A stretch of 64,000 nucleotides of DNA. Origin: Gemmatimonadota bacterium. GTDB taxonomy: Bacteria; Gemmatimonadota; Gemmatimonadetes; Gemmatimonadales; Gemmatimonadaceae. The stretch covers positions 64,001-128,000 of the forward strand of contig JAZJZK010000020.1 of NCBI GenBank assembly GCA_040389905.1, in the 5' to 3' direction. Shown piece after piece: positions 39,513 to 49,824 of the stretch (positions within the stretch are counted from its first letter, which is position 1; every line of letters begins with the position of its first letter). Below the pieces are notes generated by a model. The model was given only the letters and a program-made list of their open reading frames with translations, was not told where the DNA came from and did no database searches. A program made the translations under genes and the position numbers.

Positions 39513-39654
39513 TCAGCTTTGTCAGGTGCTCAGGGATCAGCCGCAGCCGACAGTTTTTCAGGGGGTGTGGCGTTCAGGGGGCATCGCGCGCAGTCCGCCA
39601 CACCCCCTGTCGCTCTGTTGGCTGCGGCTGGCCACTGAGCACCTGTCGCATCTG
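39513..39654. repeat. Palindromic element E2, homolog of E1
   Basis: tcagctttgtcaggtgctcagggatcagcc...cagggggtgtggcg / cgccacaccccctg...ggctggccactgagcacctgtcgcatctg. Confidence 0.85.
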
Positions 39655-39685
39655 ATTACCGCACGAGACAGCGTCCGCAGCACCT

Positions 39686-41329
39686 TTACTTGTACTTGCC
39701 ACCCGCACGCAGCACCCGCGCCGACTCCCAGACCGCCGCGCGCATGAGTCGTAAGTCCCGTGATGGCACGTATTTGAGCCCGGCCAGCGCCTGGCTCCGC
39801 ACGTCCGTCCACCGCCCCAGCTTCGCAAGACAATAGACGTACTCGTATCGACCCTCGCCCATTTCCGGTTCCACACTGAACGTCCATTCGAACAGCGCAA
39901 CGGCCGGCGCACACAGGCCTGCCCGCGTATATGAGTCGGCGATGCTCAGTGTCATGCCGGCGTCGTACGGGAAAATACGGATCGCCCGACGATACTCCAT
40001 CTCCATCTGCGCGAGATGGCTCTGGAGCCCGACGTGCTTGGCGAACAAGAAATGCGCGCGATACCCGTTCGGGGCATCGCGCATCAGGGCGACGAAGAAT
40101 GCGTCGTTGTTCTTCCACACGTGCATGCGGTCGATGCTCCGCGCGAGTCCAGCGAGGATCAATGCCGCGAGCGCAGCGCCCGCCAGTGTGCGGCGTGTCG
40201 CGCCCGCGCGTGCGCGCACATACTCCGCAATCACCCCCACCACGATCAACACACCCACACTCGGCAGGAATAACGTGCGCTCTGCCGTCACGAAGCCGGC
40301 TGGGATGATCAGGTTGCTGACCGGTGCGAACGATACGATCAACCAGAAAAGCCCGAAGGAGGCGACGGGTGCTCGTTTTCGCAGCACGACCGCGAGCAGC
40401 ACCGTGCCGCAGGTGATGATGATGCCTGGCAGCTGCGAGACGTCGAAGCCCCTCGCGACGATCACATCGTTCGGCGAGTAGTCGGCGCTCAGCTTGACCG
40501 GAAAAACCAGCAGCTGCGCGATGCGCGGCATCTCGTTCATCATCGTCCCGATGCGGTCCGTCGCGCTCATGCGCAAGAATCGGAAGATCGGAAACGGGAT
40601 GAATCCCGTGAGGTCGCTCTGCACCGCGCCTCGCGCGAGGAGATAACCGAGTGCGACGGCGGTGAGCGCGAGCAGGAGCGGTCGCACCGCCCTGGCGCGT
40701 GCACGACAATCGTCGTGCGCCGGCAGGACGAGCTCCGCAGCGACGATCAGCGCAGGCAGCACGATGGCGTGCTCCTTCGAGAACAGCGCAAGCGCGAAGA
40801 GCGCAGTGATCGTTACCGTACTGCGCCCATCGGGCCCGCCGCGCGTGCGCTGCCGCAGAAAGACGCCCATGGCCAGCGTGACGAAGAGGGCAACCAGCAA
40901 TTCCGATTGCCCGACGACGTTGCCGGTGACCTCGACGTGGACCGGGTGGACCGCGAACAGCGCGGCAGCGACCCACGCGCCCAGCGGGGGAAGAATCGCC
41001 GAGATACACCAGAACACGGCGAGCGCCGTGGCCACCGCCAGCAGGATGTTGACGAGATGGAACAGCCACGGCGCACCGTGCGCGGCACTCCATTGCATTG
41101 TGAAGAGCGTCGTGACAATCGGCCGATAGCCGTCACCGCCGTACTTGGGTGGCCAGTAGGTTTCCGTAAACAGTTGCGGAATTCGCCACATCGCGTGCAC
41201 GCGATCGTTGTCGAAAATGACGCTGCGATCGTCGTAGGTGAAATCGTGGCCGATACTGCCGATCGTCGCGGCGAGGGCGAGTGCGCCCACGCTGCCGGCG
41301 GAGAGAAGCTCCCGCCGCGACGTGCTCAT
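39686..41329 (-). CDS. TMTC/DUF1736-like GT-C glycosyltransferase, copy 2
   Basis: Close paralog of 37132-38766 (FTYDD, GYRP, HPVHVEV, SKEHAI, KLSADYS, AERTLFLPS). Confidence 0.8.
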   Translation of the reverse strand: MSTSRRELLSAGSVGALALAATIGSIGHDFTYDDRSVIFDNDRVHAMWRIPQLFTETYWPPKYGGDGYRPIVTTLFTMQWSAAHGAPWLFHLVNILLAVATALAVFWCISAILPPLGAWVAAALFAVHPVHVEVTGNVVGQSELLVALFVTLAMGVFLRQRTRGGPDGRSTVTITALFALALFSKEHAIVLPALIVAAELVLPAHDDCRARARAVRPLLLALTAVALGYLLARGAVQSDLTGFIPFPIFRFLRMSATDRIGTMMNEMPRIAQLLVFPVKLSADYSPNDVIVARGFDVSQLPGIIITCGTVLLAVVLRKRAPVASFGLFWLIVSFAPVSNLIIPAGFVTAERTLFLPSVGVLIVVGVIAEYVRARAGATRRTLAGAALAALILAGLARSIDRMHVWKNNDAFFVALMRDAPNGYRAHFLFAKHVGLQSHLAQMEMEYRRAIRIFPYDAGMTLSIADSYTRAGLCAPAVALFEWTFSVEPEMGEGRYEYVYCLAKLGRWTDVRSQALAGLKYVPSRDLRLMRAAVWESARVLRAGGKYK

Positions 41330-42108
41330 CACGCCAGGTTGAACTTCAGAATATGCCAGAGCGCGGCGATGCCGTCGCGCCAACTGATCTTCTTCCCTTC
41401 CGCGTACGTCCTGCCCGCGTAGGAAATCGGTACTTCGAAAATCCTGGCATCGCGCTTGGCAAGCTGCGCCGTGATCTCCGGCTCGAAGCCGAAGCGGTCG
41501 GACGTCAGCGACAGCGAGCGCGCCAGGTCACCCCGCACCGCCTTGTAGCAGGTCTCCATGTCGGTGAGGTTGAGATTCGTCAGCATGTTGCTGAAGAGCG
41601 TGAGCAACGTGTTGCCGACGGAGTGCCAGTAGTAGAGGACACGATGCGGCCCCCCGAGAAAGCGCGAGCCGAAGCAGGCGTCGGCCTTGCCGTCCACGAT
41701 CGGCTTGAGCAGTTCGGGCCAATCCTGCGGATCGTATTCGAGATCGGCGTCCTGCACGATGACGACATCGCCGGTGCTTGCGGCGAGCGCTGTGCGAATG
41801 GCCTTTCCCTTTCCACCGTTTACCGGCTGGAAAATGAGGCGATCGACGAAGCCCGCCGCATGCAGTTCAACGAGGCGTTCGCGCGTGCCGTCCGTCGAGC
41901 AGTCATCGACGCAGATGATCTCTTTCGCAATCGGCGTGGCGTGCACGCGATCGAGAATCGTCTCGATGGTATTCCGCTCGTTGTACACGGGGATGAGTAC
42001 CGAGAGGCGCAGCGTGTTGATGTCGAGCGGCGTCAACTCGCGCGGCTTCGCCGCGAGGGTGAGCGATTTTGCGGCCGTCGTCGGGACGGAAGAGGGAGTG
42101 GGATTCAT
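41329..42108 (-). CDS. GT2 glycosyltransferase, Dpm1/GtrB-like (polyprenol-phosphate sugar synthase type)
   Basis: [56 protein letters not shown]. Confidence 0.9.
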   Translation of the reverse strand: MNPTPSSVPTTAAKSLTLAAKPRELTPLDINTLRLSVLIPVYNERNTIETILDRVHATPIAKEIICVDDCSTDGTRERLVELHAAGFVDRLIFQPVNGGKGKAIRTALAASTGDVVIVQDADLEYDPQDWPELLKPIVDGKADACFGSRFLGGPHRVLYYWHSVGNTLLTLFSNMLTNLNLTDMETCYKAVRGDLARSLSLTSDRFGFEPEITAQLAKRDARIFEVPISYAGRTYAEGKKISWRDGIAALWHILKFNLA

Positions 42109-43655
42109 CGAGGAAGAACGGTGAACGCCGCGCCACCGGCGAATTGATCTCGCAGCACCAGCAACGGCGACGGCCCCGAGGCAAGATACTGGGCCGCGTC
42201 GAAAGTTCGTGGTGAGCCCACCAACACGACGGAGATCGGATAGCGGGCGAGGAGTGGCACCAGTCCCTCCGCTGCCTCGACCGCGGGAGTTCGCGTGCCG
42301 AGATAGTCGGCCGTGGTGAACGAGGCGACGGGAACCGAGTGACGCCCGGTATACAGAAAGACAGCGCCCTCGTCGTCGGCGGCGACGACCGCGTCGCGCG
42401 CCGTGTTCGCGCGGGTCCACGCGACGACAGAATCCACGCGCGGACTCGCGGCGCGGGAGATGCTCGACCACCACTGGCCGCGGATCGCGCGAAACTCGTA
42501 CGATGCGTAGCCGACGGCGAGCCAGGCGGAACACGCGAGGACCGTCGCGCGCACGGCGGCCGGCCAACGCGCTTCCGCGCGAGCGGCCCAACCCGCGGCG
42601 GCGAGCATCATCAGCACGAGTGGCCAGAGCCCCCACACGAAGCGCGAGGGAGCGAATGGCCACACGAGCACGATCGCGAAGTACCCGGCCATGAACAGCG
42701 CAGTGACGGGTGCGCTGCGCCACAGCGCCACGCCGCCAACCAGCAGTGCGATGCACAGCGCGACACCGGTGATGTCGTGCACCACGGGCGAGCGCGCCAC
42801 GGAAAACAGTGAGACGAGCATCGACGCGGTTTCCGGTATCGTTCGCATGAGCGTCGCCGGAATCAGGCGGAGCCCCATCGCGTCGTAGCCGCGCAGCCAC
42901 CACGCCGCGTACGAGCCGTAGTTGCCTTGCAGCGGCGCCGCGAGATCGGCGGCGTGCAATCTGCCCCAGAGTTGCCACGGTGCGATGATCACGAGCGCGG
43001 TCGCGAGCGCGAGCGTTACATCACGCCACCGTCGCTGCAACAGCAGAGGAATCGCGAGCGCGGGCAGCAGGACGATGCCGTGCGCCCGCACCAGTGACGC
43101 GACGCCGATGAGCAGTCCAATCGCGATGATGTGCGGCGTCGCGCTCGCGGATGTGACGAGCCGTTCCGAGAAGATGAGCGTCGCAAGGACGAGCACAATG
43201 AACAAGGGCTCGGAAAGCACCATCGTGACGAGGACCAGCAGCGGCACACTCACCGCCGTCGTAATACCGATCGCGCGCGCGAGCCACGCGCTGCCCAGCC
43301 GTTCGCGGACCAGGCTCACCGTGAGCCACGCGATGGCCGCGAGCAGAAGCACATTCATCGCCTTGAATGCGACGACGTTCGCCGGAAAATTCGGCGCGAG
43401 TCTCCAGATCAACGAAAGAACGGCGGGATAGAGCGGCGGGAAATGCGACGCGAACGGCGCATCGGGGAGATTGATGTATCGATAGCCTTGGCCCGTGGCC
43501 ATCGATTTCGCCAACACGAGGTACATGGCGTCATCATGAAAAACGCCGACGCTGTACTGGTCCATGACGCAGGCGCCGACGACCAGCGCGATCGCGCTGA
43601 TCACGATGGTGTCAACGCGAGAAACGCGAGGCGTCGCCACGACCGCCATCGTCAC
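42105..43655 (-). CDS. Polytopic GT-C-like (ArnT/PMT-like) membrane glycosyltransferase, copy B
   Basis: [10 protein letters not shown] acidic loop after TM1, HFPPLYP, LSE, many TM segments; GTGA overlap with the upstream stop. Confidence 0.7.
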   Translation of the reverse strand: MTMAVVATPRVSRVDTIVISAIALVVGACVMDQYSVGVFHDDAMYLVLAKSMATGQGYRYINLPDAPFASHFPPLYPAVLSLIWRLAPNFPANVVAFKAMNVLLLAAIAWLTVSLVRERLGSAWLARAIGITTAVSVPLLVLVTMVLSEPLFIVLVLATLIFSERLVTSASATPHIIAIGLLIGVASLVRAHGIVLLPALAIPLLLQRRWRDVTLALATALVIIAPWQLWGRLHAADLAAPLQGNYGSYAAWWLRGYDAMGLRLIPATLMRTIPETASMLVSLFSVARSPVVHDITGVALCIALLVGGVALWRSAPVTALFMAGYFAIVLVWPFAPSRFVWGLWPLVLMMLAAAGWAARAEARWPAAVRATVLACSAWLAVGYASYEFRAIRGQWWSSISRAASPRVDSVVAWTRANTARDAVVAADDEGAVFLYTGRHSVPVASFTTADYLGTRTPAVEAAEGLVPLLARYPISVVLVGSPRTFDAAQYLASGPSPLLVLRDQFAGGAAFTVLPR

Positions 43656-45268
43656 GGCACCACCTCGTAGACGCCGGTCCCCTGGAGTGACTGCACACGC
43701 CGCAGCCCTGGGTGGGACGGCGCGAGTGCGTCGGCCGACTGCTGCAGGCCCGGCGCGGTGAGAATGACATAGCGCGCGGGAACGGCGTCGAGCATTGCCG
43801 TGAGCCGCGCCCTGCCCTCGTCCAGCGTCAACGGCGCCACGTATTCCCGTGCCGTAAACGAAACAGGCGGCGCGGCCACCTGACCGAGATAGAGTGCCAG
43901 CACCTGCTCGCCGTCGCTGAGAATGGGTTGCTCCGGTGTGACGTTCCGATGTACCCACGCGAGCACGGGCGTAACCGTTCGTGCGCCGTCACGCGCCGGC
44001 GACCGCCAGTCGCGCGTTGCGTACACATGCAGCTCGACGCGCAGAATGATCACCGCCGGAAGCACCGCCGCCACTGCGACGCCGACGCGCCAGCGTCCCG
44101 CGCTGCTCCACGCCCAGCGCACGCCGCTGAAGACCAACAGGCCAAGGAGGGGCCAGACCGCCCAGAGGAATCGCCACGGGTTGTAGGGCCACACCAGCAC
44201 GATCGCGAAGTAAAAGCAAGCGAAGAGGAGCGTGACTGGCGCTCTTCGCCGAAGCGACCAACACCCCACGATCAACGCGACGACGACCATCGTCGTGGCC
44301 AGGACTTGGAGGAGTGGAGGGAACCCGGCCGCGAGCCGGTCGCCGACGAAGAGCCAGCACTCCGTTGCGTTCATCTTCACGGTCGCCAGTACGAACGACG
44401 CGCCTCCATCGCGCACGCCGGTCACGAACCACCCGACGTAGGAGCCGTACGATCCTTCGAGCGGCCGAGTGACGTGTGGAGAGGCGAACGCCGTCCACAG
44501 AATCCACGGCAGTTGGACACCAATCGCGCTGGCCCCAACGATGGCTCCCTCGCGCCATCGCCGATGGATTGCCATCATCACCACCATCGCCCCCAGCAAC
44601 GCGAGTGCGTGCGTGCGCACGAGCATGAGTGCGCCGATGGCGACGCCCGTCCAAATCAGCCTGCGATTGGATGAGGGAAGAAACGGTGCCGCGTCGTTCC
44701 GTTGGTTTTGTCGCCCTGAGTGTAACGAAGGGCCCGCACCTGCTGTGGCTTCGGCAACGCCCTCGCACAGCAGTAAACACGGCCACAGCATCGCGAGAAA
44801 CATCGTCTCCGATAAGAGCGCGTTCGCGAGGACCAGTGTCGGCATTGTCAACGACGCGGCGAGTGCACCCGCGATGGCGACCCACCGATTCCATTCGCCG
44901 CGACGCGTCGCGAAATGCCACCATCCCAAGGCCGCGCCACCGACCATCGCGGCGTTCAGTCCGAGCAGCGAGGGCACATTGTCGGGAAAGGACGGCGCGA
45001 GCGCCCAGAACAGCGAGAGGAGCAAGGGATACAACGGCGGGTAGTGCGTCGCGGCCGGCGCGCCAGGGAGGAACGAATAGTGGAAACCATTCCCGCTCGC
45101 GATCGATTGCGCGAGGAGAGCGTAGACGCCGTCATCATGGAACACGCCGACGAGGTACGTGCCCAGCGACCAGAAGGCGATCGACGTGGCAACGACGAGC
45201 ACGATCGCCGGCGCGACGAATCGCCAGCGGTCCCCGTGGTGTGGTGCCGCGGAATGGCGGGCCGTCAT
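43652..45268 (-). CDS. Polytopic GT-C-like membrane glycosyltransferase, copy A, with a repeat-derived loop insertion
   Basis: VGVFHDDGVY, HYPPLYP, LSE; paralog of 42105-43655. Confidence 0.7.
   Translation of the reverse strand: MTARHSAAPHHGDRWRFVAPAIVLVVATSIAFWSLGTYLVGVFHDDGVYALLAQSIASGNGFHYSFLPGAPAATHYPPLYPLLLSLFWALAPSFPDNVPSLLGLNAAMVGGAALGWWHFATRRGEWNRWVAIAGALAASLTMPTLVLANALLSETMFLAMLWPCLLLCEGVAEATAGAGPSLHSGRQNQRNDAAPFLPSSNRRLIWTGVAIGALMLVRTHALALLGAMVVMMAIHRRWREGAIVGASAIGVQLPWILWTAFASPHVTRPLEGSYGSYVGWFVTGVRDGGASFVLATVKMNATECWLFVGDRLAAGFPPLLQVLATTMVVVALIVGCWSLRRRAPVTLLFACFYFAIVLVWPYNPWRFLWAVWPLLGLLVFSGVRWAWSSAGRWRVGVAVAAVLPAVIILRVELHVYATRDWRSPARDGARTVTPVLAWVHRNVTPEQPILSDGEQVLALYLGQVAAPPVSFTAREYVAPLTLDEGRARLTAMLDAVPARYVILTAPGLQQSADALAPSHPGLRRVQSLQGTGVYEVVP
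44705..44739. repeat. R1 palindromic unit in frame within a CDS
   Basis: gttttgtcgccctgagtgtaacgaagggcccgcac, read as AGPSLHSGRQN. Confidence 0.85.
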
Positions 45269-46638
45269 GCCTCCACGCCGTAGCGCGACAGCTTTCGATA
45301 GAGTGTCGATGGATCGATGCCGAGGGCATCAGCGGCGCGACTCTTGTTGCCGCCTTCACTCTGGAGTACCCACATGATGTACGCGCGCTCGACCGCTTCG
45401 AGCGTCGGATTGGAGTGAATGCGGTCCGCGACGAGCGGCTCGCTCACGCGGGCCGTCACACGCTCGGGAAGCGCCGCGGGTTGAATCTCCGCGCCCGGCG
45501 TGAGGATGACGGCACGCTCCAGTGCGTTCTCGAGTTCACGGACATTTCCGGGCCACGTATACGCAACGAGGGCTTCGAGCGTGTCCGGCGATAACGCCTT
45601 TTGCGCCTCCTTGCGGAGATCGGCAATGCGCTCGAGAAAATGTTCGGCCAGAAGCGGAATGTCGTCGGCGCGCTGGCGGAGCGTCGGAAGGTGGAGCGCA
45701 ATGACGTTGAGCCGGTAATAGAGATCGGTGCGAAACGATCCGCGGCGAATCTCCTCCTCGAGTTCCCGGTTCGTCGCGGCAATGAGGCGAACGTCGATCG
45801 GCTGCGGATCCGTTCCGCCGACGGGGATGACCTCACGCTGCTGGAGTACGCGGAGCAACTTGACCTGCGTCGCGGGAGTCGTCTCGCCGATCTCATCGAG
45901 AAAGAAGGTGCCCTTCGCAGCCGCGGTGAATAGCCCGCTCTTGTCCTTGATCGCACCAGTGAACGAGCCCTTCACGTGTCCGAACAACTCGCTCTCGAGC
46001 AAGCTTTCCGGCAGTGCGCCGCAGTTGATCGACGCGAAGGTGCGATCCGAACGCGACGAGAGCTCGTGGATGTAGCGCGCGATGACTTCCTTTCCGGTGC
46101 CGGACTCACCCTGAATCAGAACCGTGGATTCCGTGGGAGCGACGGTTTCGGCGAGTCGCAGGACGTCGAGCCAGCTGCGGCTATTCCCCACGGGTCGCGA
46201 CCCCGTCGGCCCCTCTCGGCGCTTGATTTCCTGCCGCAGCGAACGGTTTTCGACGCGCAGTTCGCGGTGCTCGGCGGCGCGCTTGAGGATCGCGAGCAGC
46301 TCGTCGTTCCGAAAGGGCTTCTGGATGTAGTAGAAGGCACCCTCGTTGACCGCCTGCATGGCGGATTGGAGGGTCGCCTGCGCGGTCATCAGGATGACCG
46401 GCGTATCGGCATTCTGCTGCCGCGCCGCCGCGAGTATCTCCACACCCGTGACATCGGGCATCCGGATGTCGGAGAGCACGATGTCCGGTTGGAGCGCGCT
46501 CAACTGCTCAAGGCCGGCACGCCCTCCACGCGCCGTGTATGTATCGAAGCCGGCGTTTCTGAGGAGAATGCCAAGGGTCTCGAGAATGCCCGGCTCATCG
46601 TCGATGACAAGGACCGACGGAATGCGATTCGCGTTCAC
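45265..46638 (-). CDS. pilR: Sigma-54-dependent response regulator, PilR-like
   Basis: Receiver, GESGTGKE, ESELFGHVKGSFTGA, FLDEIGE, WPGNVREL, Fis-type HTH. Confidence 0.85.
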   Translation of the reverse strand: MNANRIPSVLVIDDEPGILETLGILLRNAGFDTYTARGGRAGLEQLSALQPDIVLSDIRMPDVTGVEILAAARQQNADTPVILMTAQATLQSAMQAVNEGAFYYIQKPFRNDELLAILKRAAEHRELRVENRSLRQEIKRREGPTGSRPVGNSRSWLDVLRLAETVAPTESTVLIQGESGTGKEVIARYIHELSSRSDRTFASINCGALPESLLESELFGHVKGSFTGAIKDKSGLFTAAAKGTFFLDEIGETTPATQVKLLRVLQQREVIPVGGTDPQPIDVRLIAATNRELEEEIRRGSFRTDLYYRLNVIALHLPTLRQRADDIPLLAEHFLERIADLRKEAQKALSPDTLEALVAYTWPGNVRELENALERAVILTPGAEIQPAALPERVTARVSEPLVADRIHSNPTLEAVERAYIMWVLQSEGGNKSRAADALGIDPSTLYRKLSRYGVEA

Positions 46639-48434
46639 GTGTAGGCGGGTCGGGGGGTGTTCGGAACATGCGAGGGTGTCGCGCTCTCGAGCGTCGTGCG
46701 CGGGGCGCAGGGCAAAACGACGGTGAAGCGAGTGCCGGCGGGGCTCGAGTCCACGAAAATGAGGCCGCGATGTGCGTCGATCGCCCGGTGCACGACCGCC
46801 AATCCAAGGCCCGAGCCGCCGGGTTTCGTCGTGAAGAACGGATCGAAGAGCCGATCGCGACTTTCCGGCGCGATCCCGGACCCCGCGTCGGCCACGCTGA
46901 TGGCGACAGCACCCGTCGCGAACGCGCCGCCCGACCCGATATGCTCGGGCGACGGCGTGGACACGTCGAGCCTGATCTCGCCATTGGGTGGCGACGCCTG
47001 AATCGCATTGAGCAGGAGGTTGAACACCGCGCGATGCATCAGGTCTTCATCCCCCTCGATCACGAACTCCCCTGGCTCGACGCGTGAGCGGATGGCGATG
47101 CCGGCACTGTCAGGGTGCGCGAGCGCGAGCCTCGTCGTTTCAGACACGAGGGATCCGACGTCGAGGGGTTCGAGCCGCGCGACCCGCACGCGGGCGAAAT
47201 CGAGAAACTCCGACAGCAGGCGACTGAGCCGGTCGGATTCACGCATGACGAGATGCGCCAGTGTGCGCTCGTCGGCCCCGGAATATGGGGAGCGCGAGAG
47301 CTGCTCAACGGCACTGCGAATCGACGCCAGTGGATTCTTGATCTCGTGGGCAAGCGACGCCGACAACTCCGCGACTCCCTCCAGCCGCTCCGCGCGAAGG
47401 CGCAGCGTGTCCATACGCTTCTGGTCGGAGATATCCTGGAAGATCGCCGTCGCCGTGCGGTCCGTCCGCCGGCCGTCGCCGTCCGTGTACGTGGTCGTGA
47501 CGCCGATGGGGAACCGCTTGTCGACCGTCATGATCATGCCTTCCGCGCGCGTCGTGCGAATGCGGTCGTTGACCGAGCGTGCGAGTGCGTCGGCCAACTC
47601 CGGCGCGATGCGGCGAATCGCCTCGATCACGGGCAATCCGATGAATTCGTCGAGCGCCAGTCCGAGCAACTGCTCCGCCATCGGGTTCGCATAGAGGAGC
47701 AGTCCGGTCGCATCGATGGTCACGACGCCGCTCCTGATGTTGAACAGGATGTCCGCGGCTTGGAGCCGGACCTGCGCCAGCTCCGCTTCCGTGCCAGTGC
47801 GCCCCTCCTGGAGCTTTCCGCTCAGGTAGGCACTGCCGAGCGCGACGAACGCGAAGACGCCGAGGTGGAGATAGACGACGGGCGTGAATCCGGAATCGAT
47901 GCTCCACAGCGAATCCGCTACATATAGGACGCATCCAAGCGCGGCCACCAGGATCCCACCGCCACCGGCCGGGAGCAGCAGCGACGACGCCGCGATGACA
48001 AGGATGTAGAGCGCGGCGAACTGGGAGCTGCCGCCTGCGGCACGTTCGCGCGTGAGTTCCACGACGACCGTGACCAGGAGCAGGTCGAAGATGGACTGGA
48101 GATAGTAGAAGGTCGGGCGGACCGGTTTGGAGAAGAACCGGACGTAGAAGAACGACGCGACCCACGAGCCGACGGTGACCAGCAGCGTGATCGACGCGAC
48201 GAGGAGTTTGCTCGTATCATGGAGTTCTGGCGCCTCTCCCTGCCACACGACGACCGCAGCGATGAATATTGCGGTGGCGATCGAAATACGAGCGACGTAG
48301 ACCCAGCGCATGAGTCGCGACGGGTCCAACAGGATGATGCGACTGGATCGGTCGGCTCGCTCGAATGGTCTCACAGCGTCTGTTGCAAAGTGCGTGATGT
48401 TGGACGGTGGCGCGACACTGGCATTCTGCCACAC
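46635..48434 (-). CDS. pilS: Sensor histidine kinase PilS-like (multi-TM, PAS, HisKA, HATPase); start uncertain (ATG 48311 is an alternative)
   Basis: About 6 TM, LAHEIKNPLASI, FDPFFTTK, GSGLGL; paired with pilR. Confidence 0.82.
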   Translation of the reverse strand: MWQNASVAPPSNITHFATDAVRPFERADRSSRIILLDPSRLMRWVYVARISIATAIFIAAVVVWQGEAPELHDTSKLLVASITLLVTVGSWVASFFYVRFFSKPVRPTFYYLQSIFDLLLVTVVVELTRERAAGGSSQFAALYILVIAASSLLLPAGGGGILVAALGCVLYVADSLWSIDSGFTPVVYLHLGVFAFVALGSAYLSGKLQEGRTGTEAELAQVRLQAADILFNIRSGVVTIDATGLLLYANPMAEQLLGLALDEFIGLPVIEAIRRIAPELADALARSVNDRIRTTRAEGMIMTVDKRFPIGVTTTYTDGDGRRTDRTATAIFQDISDQKRMDTLRLRAERLEGVAELSASLAHEIKNPLASIRSAVEQLSRSPYSGADERTLAHLVMRESDRLSRLLSEFLDFARVRVARLEPLDVGSLVSETTRLALAHPDSAGIAIRSRVEPGEFVIEGDEDLMHRAVFNLLLNAIQASPPNGEIRLDVSTPSPEHIGSGGAFATGAVAISVADAGSGIAPESRDRLFDPFFTTKPGGSGLGLAVVHRAIDAHRGLIFVDSSPAGTRFTVVLPCAPRTTLESATPSHVPNTPRPAYT

Positions 48435-48473
48435 TACATTGCCATGGACGATTCGGCACGGAGGTGGTTACGG

Positions 48474-48908
48474 ATGGCGACTGAAGACGGACTGCTGGTG
48501 TCTCTGACCACAGTCATTCCGCGTGCCGAGCTCATGTATAGGGCGAGCCGAGCCGGCGGCGCGGGAGGGCAGCATGTGAATACGTCGTCGACGCGGATCG
48601 AGCTGCTCTGGAATGTGCGAACCTCGCCGTCGATTTCTGAGGACCAACGCGCTCTGCTCGAGACGAAACTCGCGACGCGGATTGATGGCGAGGGATGGAT
48701 CCGGGTTGTTTCCAGCGCGCGTCGCAGCCAGAGTCAGAATCGGGAGGCGGCAGACGAGCGATTGGAGGAGTTGGTGCGCAAGGCACTTGTCGTCCAGAAG
48801 AAACGAAAAGCCACCAAACCGTCGCGAGGGGCGAAGGAGGCTCGGCTCAGCTCGAAGAAAAAGCGCGGCGATACTAAGCGGCAGCGGCGCGGCGACGCTT
48901 TCGACTAA
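48474..48908 (+). CDS. arfB: Ribosome rescue peptidyl-tRNA hydrolase ArfB
   Basis: SRAGGAGGQHVN GGQ motif, RSQSQNR, basic tail RKATKPS...RL..KK; GGAGG upstream of ATG. Confidence 0.93.
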   Translation: MATEDGLLVSLTTVIPRAELMYRASRAGGAGGQHVNTSSTRIELLWNVRTSPSISEDQRALLETKLATRIDGEGWIRVVSSARRSQSQNREAADERLEELVRKALVVQKKRKATKPSRGAKEARLSSKKKRGDTKRQRRGDAFD

Positions 48909-48974
48909 GGGATTGGCTCGCGTTGGACGGGAATGGTCCGGCTCACAAGCCAAAACGACCCGGTTTCAATGAAG

Positions 48975-49053
48975 CAGATTTGACGGATTGAACGGATTCT
49001 GCGGATAACTACGTGAACGGAAGATCCGTCGAATCCGCTTAATCCGCATAATC
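48975..49053. repeat. (acggatt)n / (aatccg)n inverted array between convergent genes
   Basis: gatttgacggattgaacggattctgcggat faces atccgtcgaatccgcttaatccgcataatc. Confidence 0.7.
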
Positions 49054-49140
49054 TTTTTCGAAAACTGGGTCAGTGATGCTTTTGAGGGTGCGTGTGCAAT
49101 GTCCAACGCGCCGAGACGTTTGGCGTAGCGGCAGATCCGA

Positions 49141-49824
49141 TTAGTCGATCGCCATTCTGGCTTTCATCGCCGGGAGCGCTTCGCGGGCATGTTTGGCCAT
49201 CGCAGAGCCCGGATACCGCTCGATAATCCGCCGAAGCTCGACCACGGCGCGCCCGGGGTCCGCCAGGGGTCCTTCATATAGATCCACGAGCCGGCTCGAC
49301 GCGTACACCGCGTCGCGCGACGGAACGCCCGGGATGTCGCGAATCTCCCGAAAGAGCTCGGCGGCCCGCGTGGGATTCCTGTTCCCTTTCACATAATGCT
49401 CCGCGGCCCGCATCCGTGGAGACACGAGCTGGGGGTTCTCTGCGATGATCGCCTCGTATGACTCCAGCGCCTCGGCGATTTCGCCCTTCATGATCATCGC
49501 CTCCTGGTACGAGAACTGTTGCTCGTACGGAGTTGAGTTGCCGGATGGAAGGGTAAATCCCTTGGCCACGGCGCCGGCGGCAGTCGGGATCGACAATACG
49601 GCGAAGGCGCCGATACTCCCGAGGAGTGCGCCAAGCCCGACCGAGGTGAACGAGAATCCCATCTTCCCGATGACGGCGAGCAAGGCGAAGCAGAACACGA
49701 AGACGGCGCCGACGCGCGCACGCAGCACGTTGACGCCATCCGGTCCGGCGCGATCGAGCCACGACCGCTTGTATTCGGGAGATCCCTCCATTCCTGGAGG
49801 CAGCACAGGGGGTGCGCTAGGCAT
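49141..49824 (-). CDS. Hypothetical membrane protein with TPR-like C-terminus
   Basis: Two hydrophobic segments, then helical repeats ending ELRRIIERYPGS. Confidence 0.7.
   Translation of the reverse strand: MPSAPPVLPPGMEGSPEYKRSWLDRAGPDGVNVLRARVGAVFVFCFALLAVIGKMGFSFTSVGLGALLGSIGAFAVLSIPTAAGAVAKGFTLPSGNSTPYEQQFSYQEAMIMKGEIAEALESYEAIIAENPQLVSPRMRAAEHYVKGNRNPTRAAELFREIRDIPGVPSRDAVYASSRLVDLYEGPLADPGRAVVELRRIIERYPGSAMAKHAREALPAMKARMAID

Noticed and set aside
41329..42978. 549-aa ORF suggesting a long N-terminal fusion on the GT2
   Set aside because: The extension overlaps the upstream GT-C gene in another frame and is low-complexity Arg-rich; ATG 42108 overlaps the upstream stop as expected
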